Source: Candidatus Omnitrophota bacterium (GTDB lineage Bacteria > Omnitrophota > Gorgyraeia > Duberdicusellales > 4484-171). Taken from it: a stretch of DNA of 64,000 bases. A model generated the notes under the pieces. The model was not told the DNA's origin. It did no database searches and was given only the letters and a program-made list of their open reading frames with translations. The DNA is taken from NCBI GenBank assembly GCA_021735655.1, contig JAIPGM010000003.1, positions 64,001 through 128,000 of the forward strand, read 5' to 3'. A program made the position numbers and the translations under genes. Below are positions 18,580-26,914 of this stretch, piece after piece. Each line of letters begins with the position of its first letter. Within the stretch, counting starts at the first letter, position 1.

Positions 18580-19693
18580 TAATAAGATGAACGTTCCTTT
18601 TGTGGATTTACAGATTCAATATCGTAAGTTGAGCAAGGAAATCAATCAACGGTTAATTGAAACAGTTGAAAGCGGTTCTTTTATTTTAGGTGAAAGTGTT
18701 CAAAAGTTTGAGCAGGAATTTGCTAATTATTGTGGCGCAAAACATGCTGTAGGTATTGCTTCGGGAACTGCTGCTTTATTTTTGTCTCTAAAAAGCTTAG
18801 GAGTCGGCAGGGGAGATGAAGTAATTACTCCGGCAAATACATTTATTGCAACAGCCTTAGCTATTTATTATACCGGAGCAAAGATTATCTTAGTAGACAT
18901 AGATGAAGAAACCTATAATTTAGATATAAAAAAGACAGAAGCGGTAATAAATAGCAAAACCAAAGCTATCCTACCAGTGCATCTTTATGGTCAACCGATA
19001 GATTTAGAGCCTTTACTTGCTTTAGCTAAGAAACACAACTTAATAGTTGTTGAGGATGCTTGCCAGGCTCACGGTGCTGAATATAAAGGCAAAAAGGTGG
19101 GAGGATTCGGTAACGCTGCAGCCTTTAGCTTTTATCCTGGTAAAAATTTAGGTGCTTTTGGTGATGCCGGTATAGTAGTGACTAACGATGAAAAGGTTAA
19201 AGATGAATTGATCATGTTGAGAAACTATGGCCAGAAACAAAAGTATCATCATTTAGTAAAAGGGTATAATTCTCGTTTAGATACAATTCAGGCAGAAATA
19301 TTGAGAGTTAAGCTTGGCTATTTAGACCAATGTAATGAAGAGCGAAGAAAAAGTGCTCAAGTTTATAAAACCTTGCTTCAAAGCATCAGTGACCGTATCT
19401 TAATTCCTAAAGAAATGTCATCAGTAAAACATGTTTGGCATCTTTATGTAATTAGGGCAGAAAAAAGAGATGACTTACAGGAATATCTTAAAAAGGCAGG
19501 GATTAGTACCGGTATACATTATCCTATTCCGATTCATTTGCAGCCGGCTTTTTCTGATTTAGATTATAAGAAGGGAGACCTTCCTGTTACAGAAAAGACT
19601 GCTGATCAGATTCTTTCTTTGCCGATGTACCCAGGGTTAAAAGAAGAGCAAATTGAATATGTTGTGAAAAAAATAAGTGATTTTTTGCAGTAA
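18572..19693 (+). CDS. DegT/DnrJ/EryC1/StrS family sugar aminotransferase (WbpE/GnnB-like)
   Basis: It carries '[13 protein letters not shown]...GTAALFLSL' and '[14 protein letters not shown]'. Confidence 0.85.
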   Translation: MSNNKMNVPFVDLQIQYRKLSKEINQRLIETVESGSFILGESVQKFEQEFANYCGAKHAVGIASGTAALFLSLKSLGVGRGDEVITPANTFIATALAIYYTGAKIILVDIDEETYNLDIKKTEAVINSKTKAILPVHLYGQPIDLEPLLALAKKHNLIVVEDACQAHGAEYKGKKVGGFGNAAAFSFYPGKNLGAFGDAGIVVTNDEKVKDELIMLRNYGQKQKYHHLVKGYNSRLDTIQAEILRVKLGYLDQCNEERRKSAQVYKTLLQSISDRILIPKEMSSVKHVWHLYVIRAEKRDDLQEYLKKAGISTGIHYPIPIHLQPAFSDLDYKKGDLPVTEKTADQILSLPMYPGLKEEQIEYVVKKISDFLQ

Positions 19694-19709
19694 GCAACCT
19701 AGTTGATAA

Positions 19710-20807
19710 ATGAAGCTATTTTTTAAATCTTGGCAGAAAAAAAGTAAAAAGAAGAGAATTCTTTTTGCTGGAGTCTGCCATGCTAATTTCATACAGTTTA
19801 GGCCAATTTATGAGATCCTTAAGCAGGATCCAAGAGTTGAAATTTTATTCTCTGGTATGTATCAAAGTAAAGACCGGCCGCGTGAACTCTATAAACCTTT
19901 TAATATAGATAAGAAATTCATCATAAGAGAAAAGTTCGCAAAAACTTTGAGTTTTGACATCTATATTAGCCCAGATTATCACATGATTGACAATAACTAT
20001 TCTTCAACTATTCAGTTTTTTCACACCACTTCTTTTAGAAATTTCTCAGTTAGTGAAGAGGCAAAAAGCTTTGATCAGATTTTTTTAATTGGGCCGTACA
20101 TGAAGCGTAAGTTTATCGAGGCAGGTATTTTTGAAGTTGATGATCCGAGATTAAAAGAAGTAGGCATGCCGCAAACAGATGCTCTTTTAGATAATATCGA
20201 CACTGGTTTGTCTGAGAGACTTGGCTTAGATAAGAGTCTTCCGACTATACTTTACGCTCCAGTCTGGGCGCCGATAGAGAGCTTTCTTGAAGATGTTCAA
20301 ACAACACTTAAAACTTTAACCTCAATTAAGGCTAATCTTCTTCTTAAGTTGCACGATAAATTTTATTATCAACAGGTAAATAAAATTAGATGGCGGGAGT
20401 TTTTGAATTTGGTGCTAAGCGAGAATAAGAATGTACATTTAATAGATGATTTTGATATTATACCTTACATGAAAATTAGTGATTTGCTTGTCAGCGACGT
20501 TAGTGCTGTTGTACATCAGTTTTCTATATTAGATAAGCCAATAGTATGCATGAAGGTAGATGTTGATGAGTTTAAAAAGTTCTGGCCAGGGCTTGATCAT
20601 AAAGCCTATTTAGATCGCGCGGTAATAGAAGCTTCTCAAGGAGAGGCTTTAAAAGAGGCAGTTTTGGGAGAACTTGCTAATCCTGGCAATTTGAGTCAAA
20701 AACGGATAGCCATGAGTAAAGAGTATTTTTATAATATTGGGTTTTCTGCAAAATGCGCAGTTTCGCAAATTTATCAGTCTTTTAATCTAAAGAATACAGA
20801 TGAATAA
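19710..20807 (+). CDS. CDP-glycerol glycerophosphotransferase family protein (TagB/TagF-like), tentative
   Basis: 'PTILYAPVWAP' resembles the TagF 'ILYAPT[WF]R' motif. 'DLLVSDVSAVVHQFSILDKPIV' resembles the TagF C-terminal motif. Confidence 0.45.
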   Translation: MKLFFKSWQKKSKKKRILFAGVCHANFIQFRPIYEILKQDPRVEILFSGMYQSKDRPRELYKPFNIDKKFIIREKFAKTLSFDIYISPDYHMIDNNYSSTIQFFHTTSFRNFSVSEEAKSFDQIFLIGPYMKRKFIEAGIFEVDDPRLKEVGMPQTDALLDNIDTGLSERLGLDKSLPTILYAPVWAPIESFLEDVQTTLKTLTSIKANLLLKLHDKFYYQQVNKIRWREFLNLVLSENKNVHLIDDFDIIPYMKISDLLVSDVSAVVHQFSILDKPIVCMKVDVDEFKKFWPGLDHKAYLDRAVIEASQGEALKEAVLGELANPGNLSQKRIAMSKEYFYNIGFSAKCAVSQIYQSFNLKNTDE

Positions 20808-21903
20808 AAAGCCGCTTTCCTCAAAAAATAGTTTCTTAGTTAAACTGAAAGTCAGCCAAGAAATCCTTATGGATGCCGAGCAAATAGCTATAGGTGGGTA
20901 CGCTCCAGTTGATGGTTTTATGGGAAAGGCTGACTTTGAATCAGTTTTGAATAATATGCGCCTTGTAAAAGGTGATGTTTGGACTTTGCCAATAGTGTTA
21001 GATATAAGTAAAAAAGAAGCAGCATCAATTAAAATCGGGGATGAAATATTGCTTGGTGACGGCCAGGATCAGGAAAATTTTCTTTTTTCTGTGGAAGATA
21101 TTTATGAACATGATAAATCTTTGTATTGCGATAAGGTTTATGGTACTAAAGATGTAGCTCATTCAGGAGTAGCAAAGGTGCTTAAGATGGGAGAGGTCCT
21201 TGTAGGGGGCCGGGTTATATCGGTTTTAAATAATTTTGATTTTGATATGCGTAAATTCACCATGACCCCGAAAGAGACAAAAGCCCAGTTTGAAAAAAAT
21301 AATTGGAAAACGGTTGTTGCTTTTCATACCCGGAATGTGGTGCACAGAGCCCATGAGTATCTTCAGCGCTGTGCTATGGAATATGCCGATGGAATTTTGA
21401 TCCATCCTGCGGTTGGCTTTACAAAACCCGGTGATTTCAAGAAAGAGCTTATAATAAAGGGCTATCAAAGTTTAATTGATAACTATTATCCAAAAAATAA
21501 AGCTCTTCTCTCGGCTTTGGGCATAGGCATGAAATTTGCCGGGCCAAGAGAAGCTGTATTTCATGCCTTGGTGCGGAAAAATTATGGTTGTACACATATA
21601 ATTATTGGTAGAGATCATGCTGGCGTAGGCGGATACTATGAGAAGTATGCCGGACATAAGATATTTTCTAGTTTGCCATCTTTGGGCATAACCCCTTTAT
21701 TATTTAAGGGACCGTTTTATTGCAATAAATGTGAAGCTATGGCTACCGAAAGCACCTGCTCGCATGATGAGTCTTATAGGTCAGAAGTCAGCGGAACATT
21801 AGCTCGTAAATTCATAAAGGAAAAGAAAAAGCTCCCTAAGTGGCTGATGCGTCCTGAAATCGCAAACTTGCTTGAAGACCTCGGTGAAAGCGTTTTTTCT
21901 TAA
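20800..21903 (+). CDS. sat: Sulfate adenylyltransferase (ATP sulfurylase)
   Basis: It has the 'VVAFHTRNVVHRAHEYL' QTRN/HxxH region and the 'IIGRDHAGVGGYY' motif. Confidence 0.8.
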   Translation: MNKKPLSSKNSFLVKLKVSQEILMDAEQIAIGGYAPVDGFMGKADFESVLNNMRLVKGDVWTLPIVLDISKKEAASIKIGDEILLGDGQDQENFLFSVEDIYEHDKSLYCDKVYGTKDVAHSGVAKVLKMGEVLVGGRVISVLNNFDFDMRKFTMTPKETKAQFEKNNWKTVVAFHTRNVVHRAHEYLQRCAMEYADGILIHPAVGFTKPGDFKKELIIKGYQSLIDNYYPKNKALLSALGIGMKFAGPREAVFHALVRKNYGCTHIIIGRDHAGVGGYYEKYAGHKIFSSLPSLGITPLLFKGPFYCNKCEAMATESTCSHDESYRSEVSGTLARKFIKEKKKLPKWLMRPEIANLLEDLGESVFS

Positions 21904-21926
21904 AACTTAAATAAGGAGTAAACAAG

Positions 21927-22469
21927 ATGTTAATAATTTCACAACATGCAAGATTGTTGCATATTCCTTTTCCTGATACTGCTGTATTTAGGGTAAATGT
22001 TGCTTGGATTAAAAGTCAGGAAGAGTTATTCAGCTTACTAAAGCAAATTAAGAATGATGTATTTTTGGATTTTCCTGAAGGGCGATTCAAACCGCCGATC
22101 CCTATTTTAGGTTTAGACGATTTATTGGGAGCCATGGATAGGTTTGACAATATAAAATATTTTGGGGTGACCAATGTGACAGCAGCCGAACAAATTATTG
22201 AAATGAGAAAGAAAGTTCCTCAGAGAGTAATATTAATACCTAAGGTGGAGTCAAGAGAAGGAATAGACAATTTAGAAAAGATACTTGGCCAGCTAGAAAA
22301 GGGTGAAAAATTTATAATGCTAGATAAAGAGGATCTATATACTGATTTAAAGGAGCATAAGGAATTATTTGAACAATATGTTCAGTTGGTAAAAGATAAA
22401 TGCAGGAAAAATAATATTAGCGTGCTTGAGTTGCAAGGTGTGATATTTGCAGCGAATGAAGACTTATAA
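21927..22469 (+). CDS. Hypothetical protein with degenerate pyruvate-kinase/PEP-utilising TIM-barrel-like motifs
   Basis: 'FRVNVAW', 'LIPKVESREGIDNLEKIL' and 'IMLDKEDLYTDL' echo the PK-barrel 'RxNFSHG', 'KIENQEGVxNxDEIL' and 'IMVARGDLGVEI' segments. The protein is only 180 aa. Confidence 0.3.
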   Translation: MLIISQHARLLHIPFPDTAVFRVNVAWIKSQEELFSLLKQIKNDVFLDFPEGRFKPPIPILGLDDLLGAMDRFDNIKYFGVTNVTAAEQIIEMRKKVPQRVILIPKVESREGIDNLEKILGQLEKGEKFIMLDKEDLYTDLKEHKELFEQYVQLVKDKCRKNNISVLELQGVIFAANEDL

Positions 22470-22481
22470 GAGGATTATGGA

Positions 22482-23231
22482 ATGTCGGATATATCCGTAG
22501 TTATCGTTACCGAGAATGCTCAAGACACTATCAAAGACTGTCTTGATTCAGCAAGCTGGGCTGATGAAATTGTTGTTGCAGATGCTGAAAGCAGTGACCA
22601 AACAATTGAGATTGTTACTAAATATACAGATAGAATAGTCAAGATCGACCCACAGCTTAATTCTGGACAGCGGTGGAATCAAGCTATAGCCGCAGCAAGT
22701 AAAAATTGGATATTTTTGCTTGAATCCGACAAAAGAATACCGTTGGCTCTAAGGCTTGAATTAGAAAAGAGAGTTAAAGAAAATAAGTTAAAGGATGCAG
22801 ATGGGTATTTAATTAATACAAGAAATTATTTTTTGAACCATTGGGTTAAGACGGCCGGTTTTTATCCCGATCGTAAATTATATATTTTTAGAAAAGGTAT
22901 GGCTAAATTCCAAGAGCGACAACGTGGCTGTATTGTTTTTGAAGGCAAGATTGATAATCTAAACGGGTATATTGAACATTACGTTTATAGATCTTTAGAA
23001 CAGTGTTTTTCTAAAGTAAATAAAGAGTCAGATAATTTGGCAGAAGAATTTTTTGGCCAGGGGTTAATTTTTAAAAAGCGGTTTGTAATCACAAAACCCT
23101 TGAGAACATTTAAAAAACAATACTTTCGTCATCGGGGCTCAAAGCAAGGGATGGCAGGGTTGTTGATTTCTCTTGTCGCTGCTTTTGAATGTTTTTTTGT
23201 CTATATAAAGGTGTGGGCAATTAGGAGATAG
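22482..23231 (+). CDS. Family 2 glycosyltransferase (LPS-core WaaE/KdtX-like)
   Basis: The N-terminus reads 'ISVVIVTENAQDTIKDCLDSASWADEIVVADAESSDQT'. It is about 250 aa. Confidence 0.75.
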   Translation: MSDISVVIVTENAQDTIKDCLDSASWADEIVVADAESSDQTIEIVTKYTDRIVKIDPQLNSGQRWNQAIAAASKNWIFLLESDKRIPLALRLELEKRVKENKLKDADGYLINTRNYFLNHWVKTAGFYPDRKLYIFRKGMAKFQERQRGCIVFEGKIDNLNGYIEHYVYRSLEQCFSKVNKESDNLAEEFFGQGLIFKKRFVITKPLRTFKKQYFRHRGSKQGMAGLLISLVAAFECFFVYIKVWAIRR

Positions 23232-23232
23232 A

Positions 23233-23997
23233 GTGAAAACAAGGTTGAGTTTTTCAGCGGTTATAATCACTAAGAATGCAGAGGCTAAGATAAGAAATTG
23301 CCTCGAGAGTATAAAATGGGCAGATCAGGTGGTAGTGGTTGATGGATTCTCGACCGATTCGACGGTCGATATTTGTAAAGAGTATGGCGCTAAGATCGTT
23401 CAAAGAAAATTCGAAGGTTTTGATAAAGAAAGAAACGCCGGCATTGAACATGCTTCTGGAGATTGGATTCTTCAGTTAGACGCTGATGAGGTAGTGAGCG
23501 AAGATATGCGCAAGGCTGTAAAGGAAGTGCTTAGTGGTGATGAAAAATATAATGCCTATAAATTTCGCAGGCAGAATTTCTTTTTAGGTAAAGCCATGCG
23601 GTATGGAGGATGGTACCACTACTCTGCTCATTTTTTAAGGAAAGGCAAGGCTCATTATGAAGGCAGCATTCATGAAACTCTTGTTGTTGATGGTCCGATT
23701 GGTAAGTTGGAGGCAGCAGTAGAGCATTATCCTTTTGACAATATATCGGATTTCATCAGGCGTCAAAACAGATACACTAACCTTCAGTCACAAAGGATGC
23801 TCGATGATTTAGGCATTAAAGATGATAAATTTATAAAAAAGAATCTTTTAAAACGAATGCGTAAGGTATTTTGGAAGACTTACATAAAGAAAAAAGGGTT
23901 CAAGGAAGGAATGCATGGTTTAGTATTCAGTATTCTTTTTGTTTGGGTGGAATTTATTAAATGGGCAAAGTATTGGGAACTAGTCAGTAAAAAGTGA
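23233..23997 (+). CDS. Family 2 glycosyltransferase (paralog of 22482; GTG start)
   Basis: The N-terminus reads 'FSAVIITKNAEAKIRNCLESIKWADQVVVVDGFSTDST'. It is a tandem paralog. Confidence 0.7.
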   Translation: MKTRLSFSAVIITKNAEAKIRNCLESIKWADQVVVVDGFSTDSTVDICKEYGAKIVQRKFEGFDKERNAGIEHASGDWILQLDADEVVSEDMRKAVKEVLSGDEKYNAYKFRRQNFFLGKAMRYGGWYHYSAHFLRKGKAHYEGSIHETLVVDGPIGKLEAAVEHYPFDNISDFIRRQNRYTNLQSQRMLDDLGIKDDKFIKKNLLKRMRKVFWKTYIKKKGFKEGMHGLVFSILFVWVEFIKWAKYWELVSKK

Positions 23998-24938
23998 AAA
24001 AAGTTTTATTCATTCGTTCAGACAGATTGGGAGAGTTTTTATTGAGCCTCCCAGCAATTAAACTTTTCAAACTTAATTATCCTCAAAGTGATGTTTACCT
24101 TTTGGCTCAAAAAACTAATATTGAGCTAACCAAGGATGTCGACTTCATCGATTATTTTTTAGAATATAAAGAAAATAGCTTTTCTGGCTTTAAAGGAGTT
24201 TTTCGTTTAGCAGCCTGCTTAAGAAAAGAAAAAATAGACTGTTTAGTGGCTATGAACCCTAAAAAGGAGTTTCATCTAGCTGCTAAGCTAGCCGGTATAC
24301 CTTTACGGGTTGGCTATGATCGAAAGTGGGGCTGGTGTTTAAATAAAAAAATTAAAGATAAAAAGTATTTGGAAGAGAAACACGAGGTTGAATATAATAT
24401 AGAATTAGTAAGGTTGATTTGTGGGGATTTGCCAGCGCTCGAAGTTGATCTTAAGGTCGACGGGCAAGAGTCACTAGATTTTTTAAAAGAAGATTTAGAT
24501 ATCTCAAGTTCTTATTTAATAGTTCATCCATTTACTTCTAATCCCTTAAAGAAGGTTTATTTTGAGTTCTGGCGAAGCTTAATAAGACGGTTAAAAGAAA
24601 AAGGCTTTGAAAATATTGTACTTATTGGCGCAACCAGCGAAAAAGAAGAGGCTAAGGAATTAGCAGCTGAGCTGGGAATTATTGACTTAGTTGGAACTAT
24701 GAGCTTGCGTAATCTAGCTGCTTTTATGAAATATAACTGCTCAGCCTTTGTTGGGTTAGATTCGGGGCCAATGCATTTAGCCAGTTTATTCAAAATTCCG
24801 GTGGTAAGCTTATTTACCACTTCAAATCCTAAACGTTGGGGTCCCTGGAAAACCAAGTCTTTGGTTTTTGAGCTAAAACCAAAAGAGGATTTTTCTAATC
24901 AAGTTACTGAGGCAGTAAATTTTATCCTTAAACAATAA
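23994..24938 (+). CDS. Family 9 glycosyltransferase (heptosyltransferase family; GTG start)
   Basis: 'KKVLFIRSDRLGEFLLSLPAIKLFK' and 'VGLDSGPMHLASLFKIPVVSLF' match GT9. Confidence 0.7.
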   Translation: MKKVLFIRSDRLGEFLLSLPAIKLFKLNYPQSDVYLLAQKTNIELTKDVDFIDYFLEYKENSFSGFKGVFRLAACLRKEKIDCLVAMNPKKEFHLAAKLAGIPLRVGYDRKWGWCLNKKIKDKKYLEEKHEVEYNIELVRLICGDLPALEVDLKVDGQESLDFLKEDLDISSSYLIVHPFTSNPLKKVYFEFWRSLIRRLKEKGFENIVLIGATSEKEEAKELAAELGIIDLVGTMSLRNLAAFMKYNCSAFVGLDSGPMHLASLFKIPVVSLFTTSNPKRWGPWKTKSLVFELKPKEDFSNQVTEAVNFILKQ

Positions 24939-24946
24939 TTTTAATT

Positions 24947-26290
24947 ATGGATAGTTTATTCAATATCCCTAAAGTCTACACAGTTTTAGAACTTAATAAT
25001 ACTGTTCGTTCGGCTATTAAAGATAAGTTTCCTGAACAGGTTTGGGTTTGTGGTGAAATTCAAGGATTGCGTCCTGATCGCGGCAAAAGACACACTTACT
25101 TTGAATTAGTTCAAAAGGGTTCTGAAGTTGAAGGAATTGTAGCTAAAGTTAAGGTTGCTCTTTTTGCCGGGCGTAAACCAGTGATTGATCGGAGAATTCA
25201 AGAAACCAAAGGAGCTTTTGAACTCAAGAACGATATTGAGGTAAAGTTTTTATGTGAAGTTAGTCTACATGCTCCGACTGGTCAATATAGCATTGTAATT
25301 GTTGACATTGATACGGTTTATACTTTAGGTAAGGTTGCCCAGAATAGATTAAAAATAATTGAAGAGTTAAAGCAAAAGGGGGCTTTTGAGAAGAATAAGC
25401 TACACCAATTGCCGCTTTTGCCTTTGAAGGTCGGCTTGATCACTGCTTATGATTCAGCTGCTTATCATGATTTTACCAATGAATTAAGCTTAAGCGGCTT
25501 TGCTTTTAAGGTTTTAGCTATTAACTGTCATATGCAGGGCGCCTTAGTCGAGGCTGATTTGCTCAAAGGGTTAGATTTCTTTAACAAATTGAGCCCTAGT
25601 GAGTTAGACGTTGTTATTGTTACCCGAGGTGGTGGCTCAGTAGCTGATTTGAGCTATTTTGATAATAAAAAGATTGCTGAGGCCATAGCTGATTTAAATT
25701 TTCCGGTTATTTCGGCTATCGGGCATCAGATAAACACTACGATTACTGATATGGTTGCTCATACTTTTTGTAAAACTCCGACTAAGGCTGCTCAGGTTTT
25801 AGTTGAAAAGATGCAGGAGCTTTCACAAAAGCTGGATAATTTAGAAAAGGATATCTTAACTAAAGGAGAAAGTTTAGTTGAAAGCGCTAAGAGTCAGCTT
25901 CAAAACGTAGCCATTAGTATTGACTCGATTGTTTCGCGTTATTTTGTGGTTCATCGTGAAGATATTTTAGAAAAGATGCATTCGATAGCAGCAATTTTAA
26001 GAGTTAGTTTAGCTCAGCAAAATGAATTTTTAAAGAGTACTGTTTTGACTCTTAAGACAGCCTTGCCCAATGTTTTTAGAAGTCTTTTTGAGCAGTTGAG
26101 CCATTTAGAAGAGAAGGTGAGCATATTAGATCCGAAACAGGTCTTGCGGCGCGGTTATTCCTTAACTTATAAGAATGGGCAGATATTTAAGTCAATTAAA
26201 GATGTTGAGGTTGGTGATCGGGTTACTACAGTTCTTTATGATGGTAAAATAGATTCTGAAGTTAAGAAAAAGGAGAAAACAAATGAGTAA
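24947..26290 (+). CDS. xseA: Exodeoxyribonuclease VII large subunit
   Basis: An N-terminal OB fold reads 'VYTVLELNNTVRSAIKDKFPEQVWVCGEIQGL'. The catalytic region reads 'VIVTRGGGSVADL'. Confidence 0.85.
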   Translation: MDSLFNIPKVYTVLELNNTVRSAIKDKFPEQVWVCGEIQGLRPDRGKRHTYFELVQKGSEVEGIVAKVKVALFAGRKPVIDRRIQETKGAFELKNDIEVKFLCEVSLHAPTGQYSIVIVDIDTVYTLGKVAQNRLKIIEELKQKGAFEKNKLHQLPLLPLKVGLITAYDSAAYHDFTNELSLSGFAFKVLAINCHMQGALVEADLLKGLDFFNKLSPSELDVVIVTRGGGSVADLSYFDNKKIAEAIADLNFPVISAIGHQINTTITDMVAHTFCKTPTKAAQVLVEKMQELSQKLDNLEKDILTKGESLVESAKSQLQNVAISIDSIVSRYFVVHREDILEKMHSIAAILRVSLAQQNEFLKSTVLTLKTALPNVFRSLFEQLSHLEEKVSILDPKQVLRRGYSLTYKNGQIFKSIKDVEVGDRVTTVLYDGKIDSEVKKKEKTNE

Positions 26291-26495
26291 AAAACCCACC
26301 AAGTATCGCGAAGCCATAGTTGAGCTACAGGCTATCCTTAATGGTCTTGAATCTGAGCAGATCGATGTCGATGAAGTTTCACAAAAGGTAAAGCGAGCAG
26401 TTGAGCTGATTAAGCTATGCCGGGAAAGAATTGAAAGTACTGAATTAGAGGTTAGAAAGATAGTAAAAGAGTTCGAAAAGGATCCGGCGAAGTAG
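26283..26495 (+). CDS. xseB: Exodeoxyribonuclease VII small subunit
   Basis: It is a 70-aa helical protein whose start overlaps the xseA stop, as in the canonical operon. The sequence reads 'YREAIVELQAILNGLESEQIDVDEV'. Confidence 0.75.
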   Translation: MSKKPTKYREAIVELQAILNGLESEQIDVDEVSQKVKRAVELIKLCRERIESTELEVRKIVKEFEKDPAK

Positions 26496-26508
26496 ATATT
26501 TAATCTAC

Positions 26509-26537
26509 TTGACCTAATTTGAAGCTTTTGTTATAAT
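26509..26537 (+). promoter_or_regulatory. Consensus sigma70-type promoter (TTGACC-17-TATAAT) upstream of rpsO-pnp
   Basis: 'ttgacc' lies at 26509-26514 and 'tataat' at 26532-26537 with a 17-nt spacer. An untranslated leader of about 110 nt follows before rpsO. Confidence 0.5.
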
Positions 26538-26649
26538 ACCTTCCTACGGTGGCTTCCCGCTTCCTTTCCCAATTTCAATTTTTTTGAAGTGAGGGTTGAG
26601 AAGGTAAGCAAAAGTAGTTAATTAGAGTAGTTAATTAAGGTGATTTATT

Positions 26650-26913
26650 ATGATTGAAAAGAGCAAAAAGAAGAAATTAATTGAGAAATTTAAGGTGCAT
26701 GTTGAGGATACTGGTTCAGCAACGGTCCAGATAGCTCTGCTAAGTGAGAGGATAAATTATCTTACCGATCACCTTAAAAAGCACAAGAAAGATTTTCATT
26801 CCCGCCGTGGCCTGTTAACTCTTGTTGGAAGACGTCGTCGCCTCTTGAGTTATCTCGCTATAAAAGAACCTCAAAGCTATGCTGAGGTCACGAAGGAGCT
26901 TAAACTTAAATAA
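26650..26913 (+). CDS. rpsO: 30S ribosomal protein S15
   Basis: It carries '[50 protein letters not shown]'. Confidence 0.9.
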   Translation: MIEKSKKKKLIEKFKVHVEDTGSATVQIALLSERINYLTDHLKKHKKDFHSRRGLLTLVGRRRRLLSYLAIKEPQSYAEVTKELKLK

Positions 26914-26914
26914 T

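Noticed and set aside
20800-21903. Calling the island a dedicated glycan-sulfation locus
   Set aside because: ATP sulfurylase alone is insufficient; no APS kinase or sulfotransferase was seen in the window. The idea is kept as a question inside a finding rather than asserted.
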